NCBI GenBank assembly: GCA_035517495.1
Contig: DATIYT010000120.1
Coordinates: forward strand, 9,046 to 73,045
DNA: 64,000 nt
From: Stellaceae bacterium
Lineage (GTDB): Bacteria > Pseudomonadota > Alphaproteobacteria > ATCC43930 > CGMCC-115725
Reading direction: 5' to 3'
The notes under the pieces are model-generated. The model searched no databases, was not told where the DNA came from, and worked only from the letters and a program-made list of their open reading frames with translations. The stretch's first letter is position 1. Each line of letters opens with the position of its first letter. Positions 32,082-39,301 of the stretch are shown one piece after another. Both the position numbers and the translations under genes were made by a program.

Positions 32082-32375
32082 TCAGCCGATGAGGCGGCAG
32101 CCGCAGATTGGACAGGTGAGCTGTGCCAGCGCCGCTTCGATCTCGGCGTCGGTCATGGTCGCACTCAGCTTGGCCTTTGCCTCCGCGAGCAATTGTTGGT
32201 GATAGGCCCGCTGCTCCGGCGAGCCGCAGACATTGGCATATTCCTCTTGAGTCTTGGCGTCCATCGGCTTGATTGCGAAGGCCGTGGCGCTTCGATCGTG
32301 GATCAGCAGAGCACCCAAACCCGCGCCCGCGAGCGCGGTCGACTGAAAGAAAGTGCGGCGGGACATCGAACGCAT
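32082..32375 (-). CDS. Tat-signal mini-protein ending in CPICGC (97 aa precursor)
   Basis: MRSMSRRTFFQSTALAGAGLGALL is a twin-arginine signal with AFA/I as the likely cleavage site. The mature ~63 aa are helical with 4 Cys, 3 of them in the last 9 residues. Alternative start at 32366. Confidence 0.55.
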   Translation of the reverse strand: MRSMSRRTFFQSTALAGAGLGALLIHDRSATAFAIKPMDAKTQEEYANVCGSPEQRAYHQQLLAEAKAKLSATMTDAEIEAALAQLTCPICGCRLIG

Positions 32376-32493
32376 GGCGGAACTCCCGGGCAACAGCCCA
32401 ATTGCGGGGAAAGTAGGCGCGCGGGCGCTCGGCGTCAATGCGTTGGTTCCGCACGCAGATAGTCCCGTTCTCGCTCCAAACGTGAGCTGGAAG

Positions 32494-33894
32494 CTAGGTT
32501 GGCTCAGCCATGAGCCGTGCTCGAAGCGCTGTGCGATCGGCCTTGCCGGTGCGGCCGAGCGGTATCTCGGTGCCGAAGTGAATGGCATCCGGGAGCTTGT
32601 ACTTGTCGAGGCGCTCCGCGGCCCAATCGCGAAGCCGCTCGGCATCGGGCCTACGGCCCCGTTTGGGGACGATCAACAGATGCACCGCCTCGCCAAGGCG
32701 TGCATCCGGGATGCCGGTCGCCAGCGTCTCCGCCACGTCGGGGTGATCGAGAAAAACCCGCTCGACCTCCAGCGGCGCCACCTTGTTGCCGCCGCGCAGG
32801 ATCAGTTCCTTGAGGCGGCCGATCAGCCGCACGCGCCCCGTTTCCGTCGCCTCGGCGAGATCGCCGGTCCTGAAATAGTCGCCGTGAAAAGCCGCCGCCG
32901 TCAGCTCGGGCGCGTCGAGATAGCCCGCCATGATAAAGGGGCTCTTGATCCTCAGCTCCCCTTCCGAGATCGCGAACGCGACCCCCGGCATTGGCGTTCC
33001 GATCGTGCCGGCGTAGCGTTTCAGGTCCGAGGGCGGCAGGAAGAAGTCGCAGGTGCTGGTTTCGGTGAGGCCGTAGATGTCGGCGAGGTCCGACTTGGAC
33101 AGTGCCGCGCGCCACTCCCGTGCCAGCGCTTTCGCCATCGGCTCGCCGCCCGCCATGAAGAATCGTTCGATGCCGTCACGCGCGATTGCGGACGTCGCAA
33201 GTCCTGGCAGCGCCGCTCGCATCATGGTCGGAACGATGCCGATGCGGTTGAGCCGCTGCTCGGCGAGCGCAGCAAGCATGCGCTCTGCATCGTATTTCTC
33301 GTGCAGCACGAGGAGACCGCCGCGAGACAGGGTCAGCAGCGACACCCACTGACCGAAACTGAAGGTGAGCTGCAGCACGAGCAAGGTTCGGGTCGTATCC
33401 AGGAAGGGAAAGGTGCGGTCGATGGTCGCGAGCTTCGCCGTGAAGGCCTGATGCCTGATCGCGACGCCTTTGGGTTCTCCAGTGGTGCCGGACGTAAAGA
33501 CAACGAATGCCGCGCCGCGCAGCAGCGGACGTTCGGGTGGGACTGGCCGATCCGTATCCGGCACCAGCACTTCGCCAGCTTCGACCACGAAGCGGGCACC
33601 GCAGCGCTCGATCAGCGCGCGAGCCACGCGCTCCGGCGTCGTGCGGTGGATCGGCACGGCGACCCCGCCCGCGCGCCAGACGCCGATAAATCCCGCGAGG
33701 TCGAGAGCGCGATTGCCGATGCGGACGACCACCGGCTCATTGGGGCGAACATCCCGCGCAGCAAGTCCGCGCGCCACGATTTCCGCCGCGCGATCGAGCG
33801 CCGCATAGGTGTAGTTGCCGTCGAGCCCTCGGGCCGCGGGGCGTTCGGGCGCGCGCGAAAGCGGATCGTCCAGGAGCTGCGACAGATGCTGCAT
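32494..33894 (-). CDS. AMP-dependent synthetase/ligase (acyl-CoA synthetase-like)
   Basis: AMP-binding motif FTSGTTGEPKGV plus the YGLTE and TGD core motifs. Confidence 0.8.
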   Translation of the reverse strand: MQHLSQLLDDPLSRAPERPAARGLDGNYTYAALDRAAEIVARGLAARDVRPNEPVVVRIGNRALDLAGFIGVWRAGGVAVPIHRTTPERVARALIERCGARFVVEAGEVLVPDTDRPVPPERPLLRGAAFVVFTSGTTGEPKGVAIRHQAFTAKLATIDRTFPFLDTTRTLLVLQLTFSFGQWVSLLTLSRGGLLVLHEKYDAERMLAALAEQRLNRIGIVPTMMRAALPGLATSAIARDGIERFFMAGGEPMAKALAREWRAALSKSDLADIYGLTETSTCDFFLPPSDLKRYAGTIGTPMPGVAFAISEGELRIKSPFIMAGYLDAPELTAAAFHGDYFRTGDLAEATETGRVRLIGRLKELILRGGNKVAPLEVERVFLDHPDVAETLATGIPDARLGEAVHLLIVPKRGRRPDAERLRDWAAERLDKYKLPDAIHFGTEIPLGRTGKADRTALRARLMAEPT

Positions 33895-34069
33895 GGTTCA
33901 TTCCTAGCGCAGGCTTATACCTTCGTCAGCGGTACAATTGAACTCGACCACCACCGGGCACCGAGTTGATGAGCATGCCCAGACACAGCACCTACTCCGC
34001 TCTGTGCCTTGGCGCCTCGGTGGTGTACTTCTTGCGATCTGTCGCTTATCCGTCGTGCGAAGCCTTGCG

Positions 34070-34897
34070 ATGACCTACCAGACCATCCTCTACGAAACTC
34101 GCGGCGCGGTGGCGCTGCTCACTCTGAACCGGCCCGAGCGGGTCAATGCCCTCAATGCCGCAATGCTGGAGGAAATCGGACGCGCGCTCGATGCCGCCGA
34201 GGCTGACGCGGCAGTGCGCGCCGTGGTGGTGACCGGCGCCGGAAATGCATTCTCGTCCGGCTTCGATCTTAAGGAGCAGGCCGAGCGCCGCCCGAGCGGC
34301 ACGGCGGAATGGCGGCCGATACTGCGCCGCGATTTCGATACGGTGATGCGGTTCTGGCATCTCTCGAAGCCCACCATCGCCGCCGTGCGCGGCCCCTGTC
34401 TGGCGGGTGCCTGCGAAATGATGCTCGCTTGCGATCTCACCGTTGCGGGCGAGGGAGCGATCTTCGGCGAGCCGGAGCTCCGCTTCGGCGCAGGGATCGT
34501 GGTGCTGCTCTTGCCGTGGCTCATGGGCCCGAAGCGCGCCAAGCACCTGCTGTTCACGGGCGCGGACCGCGTCGACGCACGGCGCGCGGAGGCGTTGGGG
34601 CTGGTGAACGAAGTGGTCGCCGACGATCGCGTGTTGGAGCGGGCGCTCGCTCTTGCCCACGAGCTTGCGGTCATCGATCCGATGGTGCTGCGGAACACGA
34701 AGCGCGCGATCAACCGCAGCTACGAGATCATGGGCATGGGCGAGGCGCTCGATGCGGCCCTCGAAATCGACCTGCAGATCGAGGGCACCGGCAGCGTCGA
34801 CAAGCGCGAGTTCATGGAGATTGCGCGGAACCAGGGCCTGCGCGCCGCGATCGCGTGGCGCGACCGGCGATTCAACAAAGAAGACGGCTCGGTCTGA
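34070..34897 (+). CDS. enoyl-CoA hydratase/isomerase family protein
   Basis: MTYQTILYETRGAVALLTLNRPERVNALN...GAGNAFSSGFDLKE crotonase fold. Confidence 0.8.
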   Translation: MTYQTILYETRGAVALLTLNRPERVNALNAAMLEEIGRALDAAEADAAVRAVVVTGAGNAFSSGFDLKEQAERRPSGTAEWRPILRRDFDTVMRFWHLSKPTIAAVRGPCLAGACEMMLACDLTVAGEGAIFGEPELRFGAGIVVLLLPWLMGPKRAKHLLFTGADRVDARRAEALGLVNEVVADDRVLERALALAHELAVIDPMVLRNTKRAINRSYEIMGMGEALDAALEIDLQIEGTGSVDKREFMEIARNQGLRAAIAWRDRRFNKEDGSV

Positions 34898-34906
34898 GAG
34901 CGAGTA

Positions 34907-35116
34907 TCAACTCGGCGATCGGCGCAGCGCCGGCCAATCCGCGAAGGCGAAAATCCAGAGCGCCACGATATTGCCGATCGGCACGAACCACAGCAGCACC
35001 CACCAGCCGCTATAGCCGGCCTTCTGTAGAATTTTGATTAGCGGGAACAGCAATACGACTAAAACGATCAAGCCGATTACGAAGTGGGAGATGCTGAACG
35101 CAGCCGCGGTCATCAT
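34907..35116 (-). CDS. small two-TM membrane protein (69 aa)
   Basis: MMTAAAFSISHFVIGLIVLVV...QKAGYSGWWVLLWFVPIGNIVALWIF. GGAG lies 8 nt upstream. Confidence 0.5.
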   Translation of the reverse strand: MMTAAAFSISHFVIGLIVLVVLLFPLIKILQKAGYSGWWVLLWFVPIGNIVALWIFAFADWPALRRSPS

Positions 35117-35215
35117 GATGTCGCTCCGAAAAAAGGTCGCTGGGGAGAGCGTAACCGTCTCTTTGGAAGGAGTCTCCTTGTTTTCGAATGCAGTACCCCA
35201 TCTGTATGGCAACAC

Positions 35216-35244
35216 TTGACAATTGTCTTTCGACACCATACATG
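35216..35244 (+). promoter_or_regulatory. candidate sigma70-type promoter for higBA
   Basis: TTGACA-17 nt-TACATG ends 5 nt before the higB ATG, which would make the transcript essentially leaderless. No SD precedes higB. Confidence 0.3.
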
Positions 35245-35249
35245 ACTGA

Positions 35250-35525
35250 ATGATCCGGAATTGGCGGCACAAGGGCCTACGCGAGTTATTCGAAACCGGC
35301 CGATCTGCTAAGGTGACTGCAGCGCTCCAGAAGCGAATATTGGTTCGGCTTGACGTACTCGACGCGATGGTCTCGTTGCAGCAGCTCAACCAACCCGGTT
35401 TTGACTTCCATCGGCTACATGGGCGGCCGGTGCGGTATATCATGCATGTGAATGGACCGTGGTGTATCACTTTCGGCCTTAACGGAACCGACGTTGTCGA
35501 CGTCGATTTGGACCAATATCACTAA
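35250..35525 (+). CDS. higB: HigB-family toxin (plasmid maintenance system killer, RelE/ParE superfamily)
   Basis: MIRNWRHKGLRELFETGRSAKV...FHRLHGRPVRYIMHVNGPWCITF...VDLDQYH matches the HigB toxin family. Confidence 0.85.
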   Translation: MIRNWRHKGLRELFETGRSAKVTAALQKRILVRLDVLDAMVSLQQLNQPGFDFHRLHGRPVRYIMHVNGPWCITFGLNGTDVVDVDLDQYH

Positions 35526-35537
35526 GTGAGCAGCATC

Positions 35538-35846
35538 ATGGCGAAGAAAAGTTATCCGGCCGTGCGCGCCCGGCGTGCACCCACCCATCCCGGCGAATTG
35601 ATGCGCGAGATACTTGAGGATCACGTCAAGCTGCCCATCGCCGAGGCGGCGCGGCGCATGAAGGTGAGTCGGGCAGCACTCTATGCTGTGCTCGACGGCC
35701 GTAGCGCTGTTACCGCGGAGATGGCGGTGCGCTTCGCCAAGCTGGTCGGTGGTGAGCCGAGCCTCTATCTGCATATGCAGGCCGGGCGCGATCTGTGGTT
35801 CGCCCAAGAGAAACTTTCACGCGAACCGATCCGGCCGGCGGCCTGA
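35538..35846 (+). CDS. higA: HigA-family antitoxin (XRE HTH)
   Basis: THPGELMREILEDHVKLPIAEAARRMKVSRAALYAVLDGRSAVTAEMAVRFAKLVGG. Alternative GTG start at 35526 abuts the higB stop. Confidence 0.85.
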   Translation: MAKKSYPAVRARRAPTHPGELMREILEDHVKLPIAEAARRMKVSRAALYAVLDGRSAVTAEMAVRFAKLVGGEPSLYLHMQAGRDLWFAQEKLSREPIRPAA

Positions 35847-35921
35847 GCGATACTACGCGGTTGCGGGTTTCGGTTGGGCCCGGGCAGCATACGACCTTCA
35901 CATTGCACCAGGGATGCTTCG

Positions 35922-37352
35922 ATGATCGACATTGCGCGCGCACGGAAATTTATCGATCGGCGTTGGGACGAGGAAATCGTGCCGACCCTCGTCGAGTACA
36001 TCAAAATCCCCAACAAGTCGCCGGCCTTCGATCCCGAGTGGGCAAGCCATGGCTACATGGAAGAGGCGGTCCAGATGTTCCTGGGCTGGGCGCGGTCGCG
36101 CCTCACGGAGCTGCCGGGCGCCACGATCGAGGTGGTACGGTTGCCAAACCGGACGCCGGTCATCTTGATCGAGGTGCCGGGCACCGGCGTGGATACGGTC
36201 CTGCTCTATGGCCACCTCGACAAGCAACCGGAGATGGTGGGGTGGGCCGAGGGTTTCGGTCCGTGGATTCCTCGGCGCGAGGGCGACAAGCTCTATGGAC
36301 GCGGCGGCGCCGATGACGGCTACGCGATGTTCGGCGCGTTTTCGGCCTTGACCGCGCTCGCCGAGCAAAAAGCGCCCCATGCCCGTGCGGTGATCCTGAT
36401 CGAGGCGTGCGAGGAATCGGGTAGCCCCGATCTGCCATTCTACGTCGATCACCTGGCGCCGCGCATCGGCAGCCCTTCGCTGGTGGTTTGTCTCGATTCG
36501 GGCTGCGGAAACTATGACCAGCTTTGGCTCACGACTTCGCTGCGCGGCATGCTCGCGGGGACGCTCACGGTCGAGGTGCTGGAAGAGGGCGTCCATTCCG
36601 GCGATGCCTCAGGCGTGGTTCCCTCGAGTTTTCGCATCATGCGCAGCTTGCTCACGCGCCTTGAAGACGAAGAGAGCGGCGCGATCAAGCCGGAGTGGCT
36701 CTACGCGCAGATACCGGCCGAGCGCATTGCGCAGGCGAAGCGCGCGGCTGCGGCGCTGGGTGACACGCTCTACACCAAATTCCCGTTCGTTCCCGGAACG
36801 CAACCTATGGCGAGCGACCTGACGGAGCTGGTGCTCAACCGCACCTGGCGCCCGCAACTTGCAGTGACGGGGATCGAGGGGCTGCCGACGCCGCTCAATG
36901 CCGGCAATGTGTTGCTTCCGCACACCACAGCGAAGCTGAGCGTGCGCCTGCCGCCGACCCTGGGTGCCGAACAGGCGGGCGAAGCCGTGTGCACGTTGCT
37001 GGAGCGCGATCCACCCTACGGCGCGAAAGTCACGTTCGACCTGGAGCGAGGGGGCACCGGCTGGAACGCCCCGGCGCTCGCACCCTGGCTCGAACAGTCA
37101 TTGGCGCGCGCCTCGGAGGCCTCGTTCGGCGCGCCGCCCGCCTACATGGGCGAGGGCGGCAGCATTCCCTTCATGGCGATGCTCGGCGAAAAGTTCCCAC
37201 GCGCGCAATTCCTGGTGACAGGCGTGCTGGGCCCGCATTCAAACGCGCACGGGCCCAACGAATTCCTGCACATACCCACGGGCAAGCGCGTTTCCGCGGT
37301 GATCGCGCAGGTATTGGCGGATCATCAAGCGCGAGCCAAGGGAACGGCATAG
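35922..37352 (+). CDS. M20/M25/M40-family metallopeptidase (dipeptidase-like)
   Basis: LLYGHLDKQP, GRGGADDGY and EACEESGS metal-site motifs. Confidence 0.8.
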   Translation: MIDIARARKFIDRRWDEEIVPTLVEYIKIPNKSPAFDPEWASHGYMEEAVQMFLGWARSRLTELPGATIEVVRLPNRTPVILIEVPGTGVDTVLLYGHLDKQPEMVGWAEGFGPWIPRREGDKLYGRGGADDGYAMFGAFSALTALAEQKAPHARAVILIEACEESGSPDLPFYVDHLAPRIGSPSLVVCLDSGCGNYDQLWLTTSLRGMLAGTLTVEVLEEGVHSGDASGVVPSSFRIMRSLLTRLEDEESGAIKPEWLYAQIPAERIAQAKRAAAALGDTLYTKFPFVPGTQPMASDLTELVLNRTWRPQLAVTGIEGLPTPLNAGNVLLPHTTAKLSVRLPPTLGAEQAGEAVCTLLERDPPYGAKVTFDLERGGTGWNAPALAPWLEQSLARASEASFGAPPAYMGEGGSIPFMAMLGEKFPRAQFLVTGVLGPHSNAHGPNEFLHIPTGKRVSAVIAQVLADHQARAKGTA

Positions 37353-37416
37353 AGCGCAATCCGGCGAAGTGTGAGCGGTTCGCCGTCAGATTGCGCGACC
37401 AAGTCAACGAATCTAG

Positions 37417-37448
37417 AGCGTGATCCGATTCTTTGATCGGATCACGCT
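37417..37448. terminator. perfect 13-bp hairpin between convergent genes
   Basis: AGCGTGATCCGAT-TCTTTG-ATCGGATCACGCT, read directly. It overlaps the stop codon of the SnoaL-like gene. Confidence 0.55.
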
Positions 37449-37902
37449 AGACCGCCTGTTTCTCCGGCTTGCTCTTGAAAGAGCGCGTCGGCACGCCAGG
37501 TACCAGCGACATATGCGTGTGCTGCGCTACCCATTCGTCGTTCACGCCGCGCCGGCCGAACACGACCGTCGCGCGTCCCGGCCGCTCGTAGGGTGTGCCG
37601 TCCTGGGCGTATCCCGTCGAGTCGAAGACTCCCATGCCGACTGCGGTCAGGCGGTCAGGCGAAACGATGACGCGGATGTCCGGGCGCCAGCGGAATCCGT
37701 CGATATGCGGCCAGACGTTGCGCCATTGTTTCGCCTCGGCGTTATCCCGCCCGGTCATGAAGTCGGTGAAGGTCCCGAAGGCGATCATGTCCTCGGCGAA
37801 AATCGGTCGGGCACCCGCAAAATCAACGGCGCGCACGTGCTCGGCAAGCCTCTCGAACCAGCGGCGAACGCGAGCGCTGTCCTCTTCCTGCGCAAGGCTC
37901 AT
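37447..37902 (-). CDS. NTF2/SnoaL-like (DUF4440-type) small protein
   Basis: 151 aa. WFERLAEHVRAVDF...FGT...WRNVW pattern. Starts 13 nt downstream of pdeM on the same strand. Confidence 0.4.
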   Translation of the reverse strand: MSLAQEEDSARVRRWFERLAEHVRAVDFAGARPIFAEDMIAFGTFTDFMTGRDNAEAKQWRNVWPHIDGFRWRPDIRVIVSPDRLTAVGMGVFDSTGYAQDGTPYERPGRATVVFGRRGVNDEWVAQHTHMSLVPGVPTRSFKSKPEKQAV

Positions 37903-37915
37903 GGTGGTTTTCCTC

Positions 37916-38605
37916 TCAATCCGCGGCGCTCAGCACATCGCTCGCGATGGTGGCGATACGCCCGCGTGCGATCAGGTGCACGGAGCAGCCCCGAGGAAAC
38001 AGCGCCACGATCGCGGGGTCGCGCACGTCGAGCCCCCCGGCATAGGCGCCGAAGGCCGGCAGCACGATGCGCCGGTAATCGGCAACGAAGCATCGGCCGG
38101 TGAGCCGGCGGGCACGCACCCAGAAATTCGCCTTGGGATGATAGTGTCCGCTCACTTCCCCGATGATACTTCCGGGGGCGGCACAGTGTCGGAAGATGAG
38201 GGGTCCGATCGCGATTTCGTTCGCCACCACGGTGCCGCCGATGCCGGCGGGCGGATCGGGGTCGTGATTGCCGGCAACCCATGTCCACTCATAGTCGCGA
38301 GTGAGCTTCGCGAGGCGCTGCCGCTCGGCGCGGCCGAGTCGGTCGGCGCCGTTGCCGTCGTGGAAACTGTCGCCGAGGGAAAGGACTCGCCGCGGCCGGT
38401 GCCGAGCCAGCGCCTCTTCCAATGCGTCCAGGCTGGCTCGGCTGTCATAGGGCGGCAGCAGCACGCCCGACCGGGCGTAGCTGGACCCCTTTTCGAGATG
38501 CAAATCGGCAAGCACAAAGCATTGTTGCCCAGGCCAATAGAGGCCGCCGCTCGCGTCGGCAATGAGCTCGGCACCGTTCAACGTGAGGACAAGGACATTA
38601 GCCAT
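37916..38605 (-). CDS. pdeM: ligase-associated DNA damage response phosphoesterase PdeM
   Basis: LNGAELIADASGGLYWPGQQCFVLADLHLEKG...VLSLGDSFHD...GNHD calcineurin-like motifs in the PdeM arrangement. Confidence 0.8.
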   Translation of the reverse strand: MANVLVLTLNGAELIADASGGLYWPGQQCFVLADLHLEKGSSYARSGVLLPPYDSRASLDALEEALARHRPRRVLSLGDSFHDGNGADRLGRAERQRLAKLTRDYEWTWVAGNHDPDPPAGIGGTVVANEIAIGPLIFRHCAAPGSIIGEVSGHYHPKANFWVRARRLTGRCFVADYRRIVLPAFGAYAGGLDVRDPAIVALFPRGCSVHLIARGRIATIASDVLSAAD

Positions 38606-38685
38606 GGCGAAGCGTGCTTACGCCATTTGCGTGCCTCGCACCAGTATCGTCGCGGAGTCTCTGGCAGAAAAGCTTGTTCTGCCGC

Positions 38686-39150
38686 TTACTCCGCTGCGAA
38701 TTTGCGGCTCAAGCCCGACTCGGCGGTTTGCGGAGCCGCCTCTTGAGTCCTCGTGCGCTCGGTGGGCAACAGCCGCTCGACGCGCCAAACCGAGAAAGTC
38801 TCCGCGATCGCACGGTTGCCCATCTCCACGAGTTTGCCGGTCTCGGCCATATAGTCCTGCATCATGGAGCGCGCGTGCTCCGACTGGACCTCCATCGCCT
38901 CTTGCAAATTCGCCGAGCGCGCCACTTTGCGCCCGGTTTCCATGTTGCGACTGAGGCGTGTATTGCCGAATTCCAAAAGTTCCTCACTGGCCTTGCGCCA
39001 ATTCTCGATCAACCGGCTGCTGGCGGCGAAGAACGGTTCCAGATTGTTGGCGATCTGCGCAGCATCCAAGTTGAATGCATCTTCGATGCGGCGCTCACTG
39101 GTCGTTGAAGTCGAGGACGGTTGGGTAGCCCGTCCCGTCGGATCTGCCAT
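38686..39150 (-). CDS. phasin-family-like helical protein (154 aa)
   Basis: NLEPFFAASSRLIENWRKASEELLEF...ARSANLQEAMEVQSEHARSMMQDYMAETGKLVEM has phasin-like heptad character. Start set at MADPT. Confidence 0.5.
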   Translation of the reverse strand: MADPTGRATQPSSTSTTSERRIEDAFNLDAAQIANNLEPFFAASSRLIENWRKASEELLEFGNTRLSRNMETGRKVARSANLQEAMEVQSEHARSMMQDYMAETGKLVEMGNRAIAETFSVWRVERLLPTERTRTQEAAPQTAESGLSRKFAAE

Positions 39151-39301
39151 GGCATGCACTCCCATTATTATAATTGCGCAAAGGTGCCGCTCTTACCGGC
39201 GGCATCCCGGTCGCATACAATGAAATGGGCACTCGATTGCCTCGGCGCGAGTGCGCACGGCAAAAAGCAAGATCATTGCCTGAAAAACGCCCCGCCGCGC
39301 G

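Noticed and set aside
31273-33894. A possible mycofactocin-like RiPP cluster (small peptide plus creatininase/MftE-family enzyme).
   Set aside because: There is no radical-SAM (MftC-like) gene, no RRE/chaperone gene and no C-terminal Gly-Val-Tyr motif. The peptide also carries a Tat export signal. Only the looser association is reported as a finding.
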